In this document: piece by piece, positions 1 through 8,582 of the stretch
Layout of the letters: every line of letters begins with the position of its first letter
How positions within the stretch are numbered: the stretch's first letter is position 1
Notes under the pieces: model-generated
What the model saw: only the letters and a program-made list of their open reading frames with translations
Database searches by the model: none
What the model was told of the DNA's origin: nothing
Made by a program: the position numbers and the translations under genes
Source: a virus
Length of the DNA stretch: 64,000 nt
IMG/VR virus record: IMGVR_UViG_3300032315_000633
Span: 3,677 to 67,676 of that record
Strand: one strand, 5' to 3'

Positions 1-2
1 CC

Positions 3-83
3 ACTGGTCTAAACTACGGCGGAAACGGTTTGCGTGGAAGTTTGGCAACCTATGTCACAACTCACGTCCAAGGACTTATATAA
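3..83 (+). CDS. 3' end of a tail protein (partial), probably the continuation of the gene starting at 63027
   Basis: Open frame ending ...THVQGLI-TAA, which overlaps the next ATG (TAATG at 81-85). Confidence 0.4.
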   Translation, partial: TGLNYGGNGLRGSLATYVTTHVQGLI

Positions 84-541
84 TGCCTCTTATACCAGGA
101 ACCCTTCCCCCAGATGCTTGCTACGGAACCCCCCAGGCATTGCTGGAGCTTTTTGCCCAGTATTTAGATGCTGTTCCTTCGGCCACAAATACGGCTGTAC
201 AGGCTGTAGCCTGGGCCGAGTTTGATGTGACATCCGGAGCCACCAACCCCAGAACCATCGCCAATGGTGGGATCAAACGGCAATACAATGTCTCCAGCGT
301 CAATCGCACCGGGACTGGCGTCTATGCCGTTACTTTTACCAACTCTCTTTCTTCCGCAAACTACACGATCAATACGACCGTTGGTGTCTCCACTGGTTCT
401 CCGTCTGGCACGACCCAGCCTATCGCCTCCTACCACGCCAAGACATCTTCCGGCTTTTCCGTTACGCTTGTCACCAGTGGTTCTGGAACCGCCGCAGACC
501 TAACCAACGGACTTCTTTCGTTTGCCGTGTTCGGGGAGTAA
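83..541 (+). CDS. virion structural protein (tail-fibre-like C-terminal domain)
   Basis: AWAEFD...YNVSSVNRTGTGVYAVTF...NY motif typical of phage fibre domains; lies in the tail module. Confidence 0.6.
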   Translation: MPLIPGTLPPDACYGTPQALLELFAQYLDAVPSATNTAVQAVAWAEFDVTSGATNPRTIANGGIKRQYNVSSVNRTGTGVYAVTFTNSLSSANYTINTTVGVSTGSPSGTTQPIASYHAKTSSGFSVTLVTSGSGTAADLTNGLLSFAVFGE

Positions 542-544
542 GCA

Positions 545-1840
545 ATGGCCGTAACCCTTTCAGAGGCCAAAGCTTTTCTGGCTCCCTATGTCGATAACGG
601 CATTTACCCCGGTGACGATCGGGTAATCGCCAGAATCAACGAAGCCCAACGCCGTCTTCACAGCTATAGTGCTTGGCTCGGCGTAATGGCCAAGTATGCG
701 GTCAATGTGACGGGAAGTCAGTTCACGCTACCCGACTACACTGGAAATCTCACAACCTTTGCCGGCTTTGGCTTAGAGTCAGCCACTAGGATTGCCGAAA
801 CTTCCGCCAATGTTGGTTTTATGACCAACAGCGTGCAAGCTTTTGTGGCCGATAGCACCTCACTTGTCCAGCTTCAGTTTGCCCCCACATCCTCGGATCT
901 TCGTACCTTCCAGCTGATCGGGGATAGCATCAATGTTCCTCGTGTTGAGATCACGGGTAAACTCAATTACCAGCCAGCCGTTAACGACAACGATCTTCTT
1001 ATTATTCAGGATCTGGACGCCCTCAAGCTTATGGTTCTCGCCCTTTGGCGCGAGCAAGGCGGTCAGCTTGACGTGGCCAAAGCCTTCCTCGACCAAGCCA
1101 TTGAACGCCTAACGATCAAGACGGATCGTGCGGTTGAGGCCGCCAGAAGGGTCAACTTCCAGACCCAGGTGTATTCCAGCATACCTTACTCCCTCGGTGA
1201 GTTTCGGGCTAGGATGGCTCTGGATCTTACCGATGGTGTCAAAATCTCCGACGCAGAGATGGTCAACCTCATCAACGACTCTGAGGAGTCTCTCTTCGCC
1301 CTTGGGAAATGGTACGGGACAGTCGAGCGGTATCGCTTCAATGTTACCCAGACCAACGAAATCCTCATCCCAAGCGACATCGGCACAATTCTCTTTGCTT
1401 CGATGGACACCAACCCAGTCAACATTTTTGACAGGAACTTCGACTTTCACGAGAATGGCCCTGGCTACAACACCCGTGATTCCGACGGGTGGAATGTGCT
1501 GATTGATCGTGGTGAGGTTTACGCCAACAACGCTTGGCACCGAAAGTATTTCATCCGTGACGCCACCGCTCCAGAGTGTATCGAGGTTTTGGCCAAGAAA
1601 CGCTGGAAGTCCAAAAACCAGGACTCCGACTTGATGGACATCCGCAATTACCAAGCCATCAAGGAGATGGCCTTCTCCCTCCAAGCCGCCAAAGACAAGC
1701 CGGAGGTTGCCGCCTACCACGAACAGAAGGCGATCAACATCCTCAAGAAGGAGCTTTCCGAAATGCGTGGCGGGGCTAGGGCAACCGTTCGGGTGCAGGC
1801 CGAGGGGTTTGCCGCGGGGGAAATTACTGCTTTAATCTAA
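545..1840 (+). CDS. tail tubular / head-tail adaptor protein with an internally duplicated domain
   Basis: Two similar halves (INEAQRRL..W.G..KY vs INDSEESL..WYGTVERY); position in a podovirus-like tail module. Confidence 0.55.
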   Translation: MAVTLSEAKAFLAPYVDNGIYPGDDRVIARINEAQRRLHSYSAWLGVMAKYAVNVTGSQFTLPDYTGNLTTFAGFGLESATRIAETSANVGFMTNSVQAFVADSTSLVQLQFAPTSSDLRTFQLIGDSINVPRVEITGKLNYQPAVNDNDLLIIQDLDALKLMVLALWREQGGQLDVAKAFLDQAIERLTIKTDRAVEAARRVNFQTQVYSSIPYSLGEFRARMALDLTDGVKISDAEMVNLINDSEESLFALGKWYGTVERYRFNVTQTNEILIPSDIGTILFASMDTNPVNIFDRNFDFHENGPGYNTRDSDGWNVLIDRGEVYANNAWHRKYFIRDATAPECIEVLAKKRWKSKNQDSDLMDIRNYQAIKEMAFSLQAAKDKPEVAAYHEQKAINILKKELSEMRGGARATVRVQAEGFAAGEITALI

Positions 1841-1843
1841 CCT

Positions 1844-1993
1844 ATGCCAGCTTCCGTTACAACCACCTGCGATGCCGAATCATCCCAGGTCTTCGCTTCG
1901 GCCTGCCAGTCGGGTGTGTACTACTGGCAGGACTACGACCTAGTCGGGGAAGAGTGGAATAATTACGCACAACTTTGGGAGAGTTTAGCATGA
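1844..1993 (+). CDS. small hypothetical protein (49 aa, not in the ORF track)
   Basis: MPASVTTTCDAE...QLWESLA fills the gap and has an ATGA overlap with the fibre gene. Confidence 0.6.
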   Translation: MPASVTTTCDAESSQVFASACQSGVYYWQDYDLVGEEWNNYAQLWESLA

Positions 1994-3675
1994 GTTCATT
2001 AACAGGACGGACAATTGCGGATTCGTATAAGGAGCTGTTAAAAACATCTTCGACAACTGGGCTGTCCTCGTCGCCAGTAACGATTGAAGACGGAGACGCA
2101 ACAGTTTCAGCTCTTTCACTTTCTACTACTGGGGTTTATTCCTCCGGGGCTCTTCAAGTTTCTGGTCTTTCTTCTCTAAACAGCTTAAGTGTCTCAAGCA
2201 CGTCAGTCTTTTCGGGTTTAGCTACCTTTACGCAAGCTTCTATAGCTTCGGGGAGTATCGCAAATTCGGTCGTCATCAGCAAATCTCCAGTTATCACATT
2301 AGCGGGTGATTTGTCTGGGAGCGTTACACTGACTGACTTAGGCAGTGGGACTTTGACGGCAACCATATCTTCAAATTCTACTACTTTAGGAACAGATACT
2401 ACTGGGAACTACGTTGCCACTATTGCTGGCACCGCAAACGAAATCTCGGTTGCCGGGTCTGGATCAGAAACAGCAAACGTAACACTGTCGTTGCCAGCCA
2501 CGCTTTCTTTTGCCAGTAAGACCATTACGGACTTGGGTTCGGTAACTACCGCCCAGATTAATGGCGGAACGATTAACGGAACATCAATTGGTGCCACCAC
2601 TCCCTCTACCGCAATTTTCTCTACAGCGACTTTATCCGATCAAGGCCAATTAAGACTTCGTGAACTTACAGCTAACGGGTCTGATTACGTTGCTTTGCAA
2701 AGCCCAGCTTCCCTAGCTTCGAGCTATACTATTACGCTCCCTTCCGCAAACGGCGCAGCTGGTTATGCTTTAATCACGGACGGAGCTGGAAACCTCTCTT
2801 GGCAGAACCCATATGGTGGTGGAGCCACGAACACGATTGGTGCTGGGGATTCTTCTCTCTCAGTCGCCGACCCAGGCACTGGAACAATCACAGGCTCTAT
2901 CGATGGGGTCAATCGAATTGTAGTTAACTCTACTGGTGTTGCCATAACTGGCACACTATCGGTTAGCGGAGCAATCAGCGGAACGGCTTCCAGCGCAAAT
3001 ACGCTTTCGACGGGCAGAAACTTCTCGATCACTGGGGACGTCACTGCCTCAGCCGTTTCTTTCAACGGATCCGGAAATGTCGCCCTTGCTTCAACTTTAG
3101 CTAGCGGAGTCGTAAACGACGCAAACGTTGGAGCTTCCGCCGCAATCGCCTTTTCAAAACTTGCTAGTTTGACATCTGGGAATGTCTTGGTTGGAAATGC
3201 TTCAAATGTTCCAACTTCAGTTGCGATGTCTGGTGATGCCACCATATCCAATACTGGTGCCGTAACGATTGCAAACAACGCAATCACGAACGTAAAGGTT
3301 TCGTCATCCGCCGCAATTGGTTTCTCCAAGCTTGAAGCTCTCACTACTGGACAAATTGTGGCTGGTAATGCTGGGGTTGCGACTGCCACGACTCTTGGTG
3401 GTGATGCGACGATCGGTGCGACCGGGACTTTGACGATCGCCAACAACGCAATCACTACGTCAAAGATACTTGATGGTGCTGTTACTTACGCAAAAATTGA
3501 TCCAGCCGCGATCTCTTTGTTTAACCAGTTCTACGGATTTCGTTTGAGCGGTACCCATCTGATTATGGATTACGGATCTGGAACCTGGGTTAAGTCAGAC
3601 TATATTGACAGCATGTTTGCACCTTTTACAAACGTGTCGGTTAACGCTTTGGGCCATCTGGTCGGCACGTTTTAA
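1990..3675 (+). CDS. tail fibre protein
   Basis: Ser/Thr/Gly-rich; SYTITLPSANG..GYALITDGAGNLSW fibre motif; two ~55-aa SAAI.FSKL...TIANNAIT repeats. Confidence 0.8.
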   Translation: MSSLTGRTIADSYKELLKTSSTTGLSSSPVTIEDGDATVSALSLSTTGVYSSGALQVSGLSSLNSLSVSSTSVFSGLATFTQASIASGSIANSVVISKSPVITLAGDLSGSVTLTDLGSGTLTATISSNSTTLGTDTTGNYVATIAGTANEISVAGSGSETANVTLSLPATLSFASKTITDLGSVTTAQINGGTINGTSIGATTPSTAIFSTATLSDQGQLRLRELTANGSDYVALQSPASLASSYTITLPSANGAAGYALITDGAGNLSWQNPYGGGATNTIGAGDSSLSVADPGTGTITGSIDGVNRIVVNSTGVAITGTLSVSGAISGTASSANTLSTGRNFSITGDVTASAVSFNGSGNVALASTLASGVVNDANVGASAAIAFSKLASLTSGNVLVGNASNVPTSVAMSGDATISNTGAVTIANNAITNVKVSSSAAIGFSKLEALTTGQIVAGNAGVATATTLGGDATIGATGTLTIANNAITTSKILDGAVTYAKIDPAAISLFNQFYGFRLSGTHLIMDYGSGTWVKSDYIDSMFAPFTNVSVNALGHLVGTF

Positions 3676-3721
3676 GGACTTGACAACAATCTCATAAACA
3701 TTAACATTCGAGGAATCAAAT

Positions 3722-5872
3722 ATGGCAACTTTAGATCTCGGTAAAATCAAATTTGTTTGGCGGGGAGCTTATAGCGGTGCGACCGCTTATGAAACTGATG
3801 ACGTTGTGTCTTATCAAGGCTCTTCGTATATCTGTATCCTAAACTCTACTGGTAATCTACCAACTAATACGACCTACTGGAATCTTCTGGCTCAAGGCAG
3901 TGATCTTACAATCCTAAACACCCAAGGTCAAATTTTGTATCGCGGAGCTTCTGGGCTAGAAGTTCTTCCGCCAACCACTTCTGGCTTCATTCTCAGAACC
4001 AATGGAAGCGGAGCCAACCCTTCTTGGGCATCCGCTAGTTCAATTGTTGATCCTGCTTCCAGAATTGCCAAACTTAGGTATCCATCTTGCGGCTTCGGAG
4101 CTGGTGGCACAAACGGAACTCACGTCGTTTCACAAGACGGACGAGTGTACTATAGTGGAGCTGCGGTAAATTTAGCTGGTGTTGGATCAACTAGCGCAAC
4201 TACAACTGGTGACGTAAACGCAACATTTAACTCGGTTCCCGCAAGACAAGCTACGTTACCACGCGGTGCTAAAGCAGTATCGGTTTACGACTTTTTCGAT
4301 TCCTCTTTTGTTGTGGATGATAACGGTAGGCTTTATGCGGCTGGAGATAACACCACTGGTAAGTTAGGTCTCGGAATGGTGGCTAACGGAGCTACTAGTA
4401 CGTCGACTGCTGACGTAACGGCTCGTTCGAAATACTGCGAAGTAGTTTTCCCAACGCATAACTACCCTGCTTCTGGCTCGACAAATCGTCCAAAGATCGT
4501 GCAAGTATTCAGCTCATGCCAAGACAACACTGTGGCGAGTGGGGCTTGTTTTGCGATCGACTCTTTAGGTTTCCTTTGGGCTTGGGGTGCAAATACAGCT
4601 AACAGCGTTCTTGGAATTGGCACTGGTTTTGGGGCGTCGATTCACAATCCTGTTCGTATCCCAACGTTTATGGCTACTGGTTCAGTTGCCCTTAACTCTG
4701 GTATCAACCAGCCAGCTTCTTCTGGAACTCGTCGTAGGATTAAGAAAGTAACTGCGATTGGGCCTACTGCTGAATTCTTTGCCCTTGTGGAAGAGGCAGA
4801 TGTTAGCGTTGGTTCTGATTCTGGTGTTTGGTATTGGGGAACCAACTCTGGAGCTATGGCTCTTGGTAACAACACTACTTCTTATGTTTCAACTCCTACT
4901 CAGTTTTCTAGGGGTGCTCTTGGGCTTAATGCTGGCGAATACGTTGTAGACATAATCGCAAACGATTCTGGCTCAACTGGTGCCGCAGGAACCTTGACTG
5001 TTCTTACAAGCACTGGAAGAATGTTGACTGGTGGGACAAATAGTTCCGGTGTTCTCGGGCAAGGTGGCACCACTAACGTCTTCGGAAACTTTGTAGTCAT
5101 CCCCACAACGAATTTCGGAGCCAGCCTTACCTGGGCTATCCCAGCGACTTGGACAGTTCCAGCTGGAATGACGATCGCCGACTTCAATACGGAATGGACT
5201 CCGGCAACTTACCAAGCACAGTTCGATGCTGTTTTTGACAAAACCTGGGCTTTCCACGGAGCTATGCGGTATGGCAAAGTTTCTAACGGAACTTGGGGTT
5301 TCTGGGGCACGCAAATGACCACTGGTGTTGGCGCGGCTGGTGTTGGGGATTTAGTTGCGGCAAAGTATTCTCCAGTTGCTCTTTCATTTAGAGATTCCCA
5401 ACACGAAGACACCGCAGATTATAGGACAGCTTCAGACGCTTTCTCGTCATTCACTCTTACAACTGGTAACGTCACCCCTGGGTTTACTATCAAGCAGATC
5501 GAGGTTGGGGCATCTTCGGACGGCGTAAAATCAGCAACTATTGTTATTATGTCAAACGATCGTGTTTATGTTGCTGGGGATAACGCCGGTGGAACTGGTG
5601 GAGCTGGAGACTATTTTGTAAATACTGGATTCTTTAGGCGAGTCCGAATTGATTCCGCAATCTTGCAAGGAGGCCAGAAGACAATCGATGACGCTAGATA
5701 CATTGGTGGTCAAGGACTTCTCGCCGCTCGTTTACCAAGTTTTCAGATTCTTCTTAGCAGCGGTGAAGTCTACGCATGGGGTCAGTCTACTGTTGGAAGT
5801 AGCGGTCTCTCTGCTACCACACCCACCCCAGCCCGTGTCGCCTATGGGGCAGAAACGAGGAACGCAGCATGA
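3722..5872 (+). CDS. tail fibre / receptor-binding protein with RCC1-like repeats
   Basis: N-terminal DLGKIKFVWRGAY...YETDDVVSY.GSSYIC domain; repeated G.(V/L)(Y/W)AWG.N..G.LG blades. Confidence 0.8.
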   Translation: MATLDLGKIKFVWRGAYSGATAYETDDVVSYQGSSYICILNSTGNLPTNTTYWNLLAQGSDLTILNTQGQILYRGASGLEVLPPTTSGFILRTNGSGANPSWASASSIVDPASRIAKLRYPSCGFGAGGTNGTHVVSQDGRVYYSGAAVNLAGVGSTSATTTGDVNATFNSVPARQATLPRGAKAVSVYDFFDSSFVVDDNGRLYAAGDNTTGKLGLGMVANGATSTSTADVTARSKYCEVVFPTHNYPASGSTNRPKIVQVFSSCQDNTVASGACFAIDSLGFLWAWGANTANSVLGIGTGFGASIHNPVRIPTFMATGSVALNSGINQPASSGTRRRIKKVTAIGPTAEFFALVEEADVSVGSDSGVWYWGTNSGAMALGNNTTSYVSTPTQFSRGALGLNAGEYVVDIIANDSGSTGAAGTLTVLTSTGRMLTGGTNSSGVLGQGGTTNVFGNFVVIPTTNFGASLTWAIPATWTVPAGMTIADFNTEWTPATYQAQFDAVFDKTWAFHGAMRYGKVSNGTWGFWGTQMTTGVGAAGVGDLVAAKYSPVALSFRDSQHEDTADYRTASDAFSSFTLTTGNVTPGFTIKQIEVGASSDGVKSATIVIMSNDRVYVAGDNAGGTGGAGDYFVNTGFFRRVRIDSAILQGGQKTIDDARYIGGQGLLAARLPSFQILLSSGEVYAWGQSTVGSSGLSATTPTPARVAYGAETRNAA

Positions 5873-6219
5873 TCATTGTATCCAGAACAATCCTAAGCCA
5901 GCCAGAAAACGCAACGCTTGTACACCTTGGGGAAAACGGCCAAGGCTATGTTTACAGGACTAACGATTTAGAATCTGTTACTGCGTCAAACTCCTTAGCC
6001 CCTATTTCCGTAATTCCCCAGAGCGAATACAAGGAACTTCGCAAAGTTCTGTCGTCTTGCATTCAGATTGACCGAAATACCCAATCCAAAATTCGAGCAA
6101 AATATTCTATTGAAGCCGAGTTAGCGGCTCTTCGTACAAACGACGAGGAATACATAGACTTCGTTAACGAAGTGATTTCAGAACACAATACCGCTAAAGA
6201 CGAATTGTTTTTCGGTTAG
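5869..6219 (+). CDS. putative tail fibre assembly chaperone
   Basis: Coupled to the fibre gene; IRAKYSIEAE-type helical C-terminus. Confidence 0.5.
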   Translation: MIIVSRTILSQPENATLVHLGENGQGYVYRTNDLESVTASNSLAPISVIPQSEYKELRKVLSSCIQIDRNTQSKIRAKYSIEAELAALRTNDEEYIDFVNEVISEHNTAKDELFFG

Positions 6220-6291
6220 TTTGTGCGCCCGTGAATTGGGCAATTCCAAAAACTTTGTGGCTTAACCGCAGAGCTACAACAACTTGACAAA

Positions 6292-6636
6292 TTGATGAAC
6301 CGAAACAACATAGGTGATCTCATGTTATCGGCCATCTCAAAGTATTTGTCGGAAAAGATCCCGCTGTACCGAGAAGTGGACCCGAAGCCCCTTGTCATTG
6401 AGGCTCTTATGAACAACGGACTATTCACCAACGAGAACGGGGTGCTCGGCCTTTCCAAGCTTTCGGAAGGCTATTGGGAGGTTCTTTTCTTTGCGGCTGA
6501 CGATCGTGAGGCTAGAAAAAATCTTATTCAGATGGCGGCCAAGGCACTCGGGGATATCTCGATCACTTTCAATAGGCCGAAAAACAACGATACCGAAAAG
6601 ACTTTTGGCCCTGCGTTTTGGCGGAGGCTCGCATAA
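6292..6636 (+). CDS. hypothetical protein preceding the internal virion proteins
   Basis: Clean ORF; synteny only. Confidence 0.5.
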   Translation: MMNRNNIGDLMLSAISKYLSEKIPLYREVDPKPLVIEALMNNGLFTNENGVLGLSKLSEGYWEVLFFAADDREARKNLIQMAAKALGDISITFNRPKNNDTEKTFGPAFWRRLA

Positions 6637-6639
6637 GTT

Positions 6640-7488
6640 ATGGCAAGCAAACCCAAAAAACCAGAGCTTCAGCAGTACACTCCTCCGACTATTGAGTCGT
6701 CGGTAGACAAGTTTATTGCCCAAGGTGGCAAGTTTCCAGGTATACAGGAAACGATCACCAAGTCGGCTAGTGAGGCACTTAAGGCTAGGGAAGAGCTTTT
6801 CCCAGGTTACGCCGGGACTCTAGGGCAGGCTTGGCAAATTGCCCAAGAACGTGGTGCTGGGTTGGTTAGCCCGGAGATTTCAAAACGGGTTTCGCAGTTG
6901 GCGGCTCAAGGCGGATTTTCAACGGGAACCCTCCCTGGTTCCGAACAAAGCCTACTCCAAGCCGCACAAAGCTACGGCCTAACGGCGCAACAGCTTCAAG
7001 ACTCTGGCGTGCAACTTGGCCAAGCCTTGCGTGGAGAGGCTAATGCTATGATGCCACTCCAAGCCTTAAACCTTGCATTTACCCCGCAAGGCATCCGAGC
7101 CGAGGATATCAGCGTTGGGCAGTACAACACCCAAGTTGCAAATCAGCAACAGATGATCAACTCCCAATACGACCAGCAATACGGCGGCAGCCCGTTTGCC
7201 GGGATTATGGGTGGGGTTCTTGGGGCTGGTGCGGGTGCTGGGCTTGGTTACGCTATGAGTGGGGGTAGTCCTATGGGTGCTCTAATGGGTGGAGGTATGG
7301 GTGCACAATTAGGTGGAGGTGTTGGTGGAGCCTTTGGTGGAGCACAGTCTCAGCAATTTGGCGGTATTTTCAGCGGACTCGGGGGATCTATGGCTGGGCT
7401 TGGGGCATTGGGTAAGATGGGGTGGTTCTCGCCAGCCACAACCCCTAGCAGTTCTGGAAGACTTACCTTAAGGCAATCCGTACAATGA
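6640..7488 (+). CDS. internal virion / DNA ejection protein
   Basis: Gln-rich helical body with a Gly-rich hydrophobic C-terminus; synteny. Confidence 0.6.
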   Translation: MASKPKKPELQQYTPPTIESSVDKFIAQGGKFPGIQETITKSASEALKAREELFPGYAGTLGQAWQIAQERGAGLVSPEISKRVSQLAAQGGFSTGTLPGSEQSLLQAAQSYGLTAQQLQDSGVQLGQALRGEANAMMPLQALNLAFTPQGIRAEDISVGQYNTQVANQQQMINSQYDQQYGGSPFAGIMGGVLGAGAGAGLGYAMSGGSPMGALMGGGMGAQLGGGVGGAFGGAQSQQFGGIFSGLGGSMAGLGALGKMGWFSPATTPSSSGRLTLRQSVQ

Positions 7489-8564
7489 CGCCGGCAGAGT
7501 ATGGCTTTGCAGTTGGTGCTGGGTTACAGCAGGGCTTCAGCAACATTATGGCGGCTCGGCAACAGAGCATTCGTGAGAAGGCGTTCCAAGCCGAACTCGA
7601 ACAGAACGAGAGGCTCTTTCCGCTGAAGGTTGCCCAGATCGAGAACCAAACGCAAGCCGTCAAGTTGCAGTCCGAGATGCAACAATACAACCTCAACCTG
7701 CAGAGGGCTCAGATGGGGATGATGTCGGCAATGGCTCCGATCGACACTGAGATGGCTTTCTTGGCCGAGGCTAACCCGAATGCCTTGTCGTCCTACCAGA
7801 TCCCCGACATCAAGGTCGACCACCCAGATCCTACTTTCGCCAAGTACGCCAGCGACCTCGCCAGACAAAAGCTTCTTGAGAAAAAGACTTCGTTGCTTGA
7901 GGCGACCGAGGATTTCCAGGATCGCAAGACCACCGCCGATACGCTTCGGCAGGCTTCGAGGATCCCTGGGATTGAGACACCCATCAAGGCGCAACTCAAG
8001 GCCGCGGCAACTAAATTGCGTACTGGCGGATACGAAGCTCTTTCCGAGTTTGAGATTCAGAAACTGATCCCGCTTGCCGAGCGTGAAGTGTACGCAAGGA
8101 GCAAGGACTACCGAGAGATGTTGAAGGGCGAGCGTGAATACGGAATTAAGGTGTCCGAAGCTCAGTCGAAGAGGATCGGTGCCTTGGCCAAGGTTTCGGA
8201 AGGTTTGTTTACCACGGAAGAAGCTAGGAAAGCCGCTGAACGCGGGATCTCCGAGCTTGTCGGAGGGGGTCCGTCCAAACTAGAGCCGTCCCAAACTGTT
8301 GAAAGGGTGGCCGCACAGGAAGTCGACCTAGAGCCGGTAAAACTCAAGTTCAAGCAGGGAGCCGAAGCCGTTCGTCGCGGAGCCGACGCAACGGAAGTAA
8401 TTGATAGGTTGGCCACAGAAATTTTGAAAGTCAGCGGAAAAGCGGACAACCCTAAAAACAGAATGGCGGCTCGAAGCCTAGCCGCGCAGAAGCTTCAGCT
8501 TGGTGGCCTCAATGTTCCTTCGTTCGCTCCGCAAGATTTTGGGGATAGCCAAGAAGAAGAATGA
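7485..8564 (+). CDS. internal virion / DNA ejection protein
   Basis: Coiled-coil Q/E/K-rich; lies between an ejection gene and the giant protein. Confidence 0.55.
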   Translation: MTPAEYGFAVGAGLQQGFSNIMAARQQSIREKAFQAELEQNERLFPLKVAQIENQTQAVKLQSEMQQYNLNLQRAQMGMMSAMAPIDTEMAFLAEANPNALSSYQIPDIKVDHPDPTFAKYASDLARQKLLEKKTSLLEATEDFQDRKTTADTLRQASRIPGIETPIKAQLKAAATKLRTGGYEALSEFEIQKLIPLAEREVYARSKDYREMLKGEREYGIKVSEAQSKRIGALAKVSEGLFTTEEARKAAERGISELVGGGPSKLEPSQTVERVAAQEVDLEPVKLKFKQGAEAVRRGADATEVIDRLATEILKVSGKADNPKNRMAARSLAAQKLQLGGLNVPSFAPQDFGDSQEEE

Positions 8565-8582
8565 TGTTACACTAGGCGTTTT

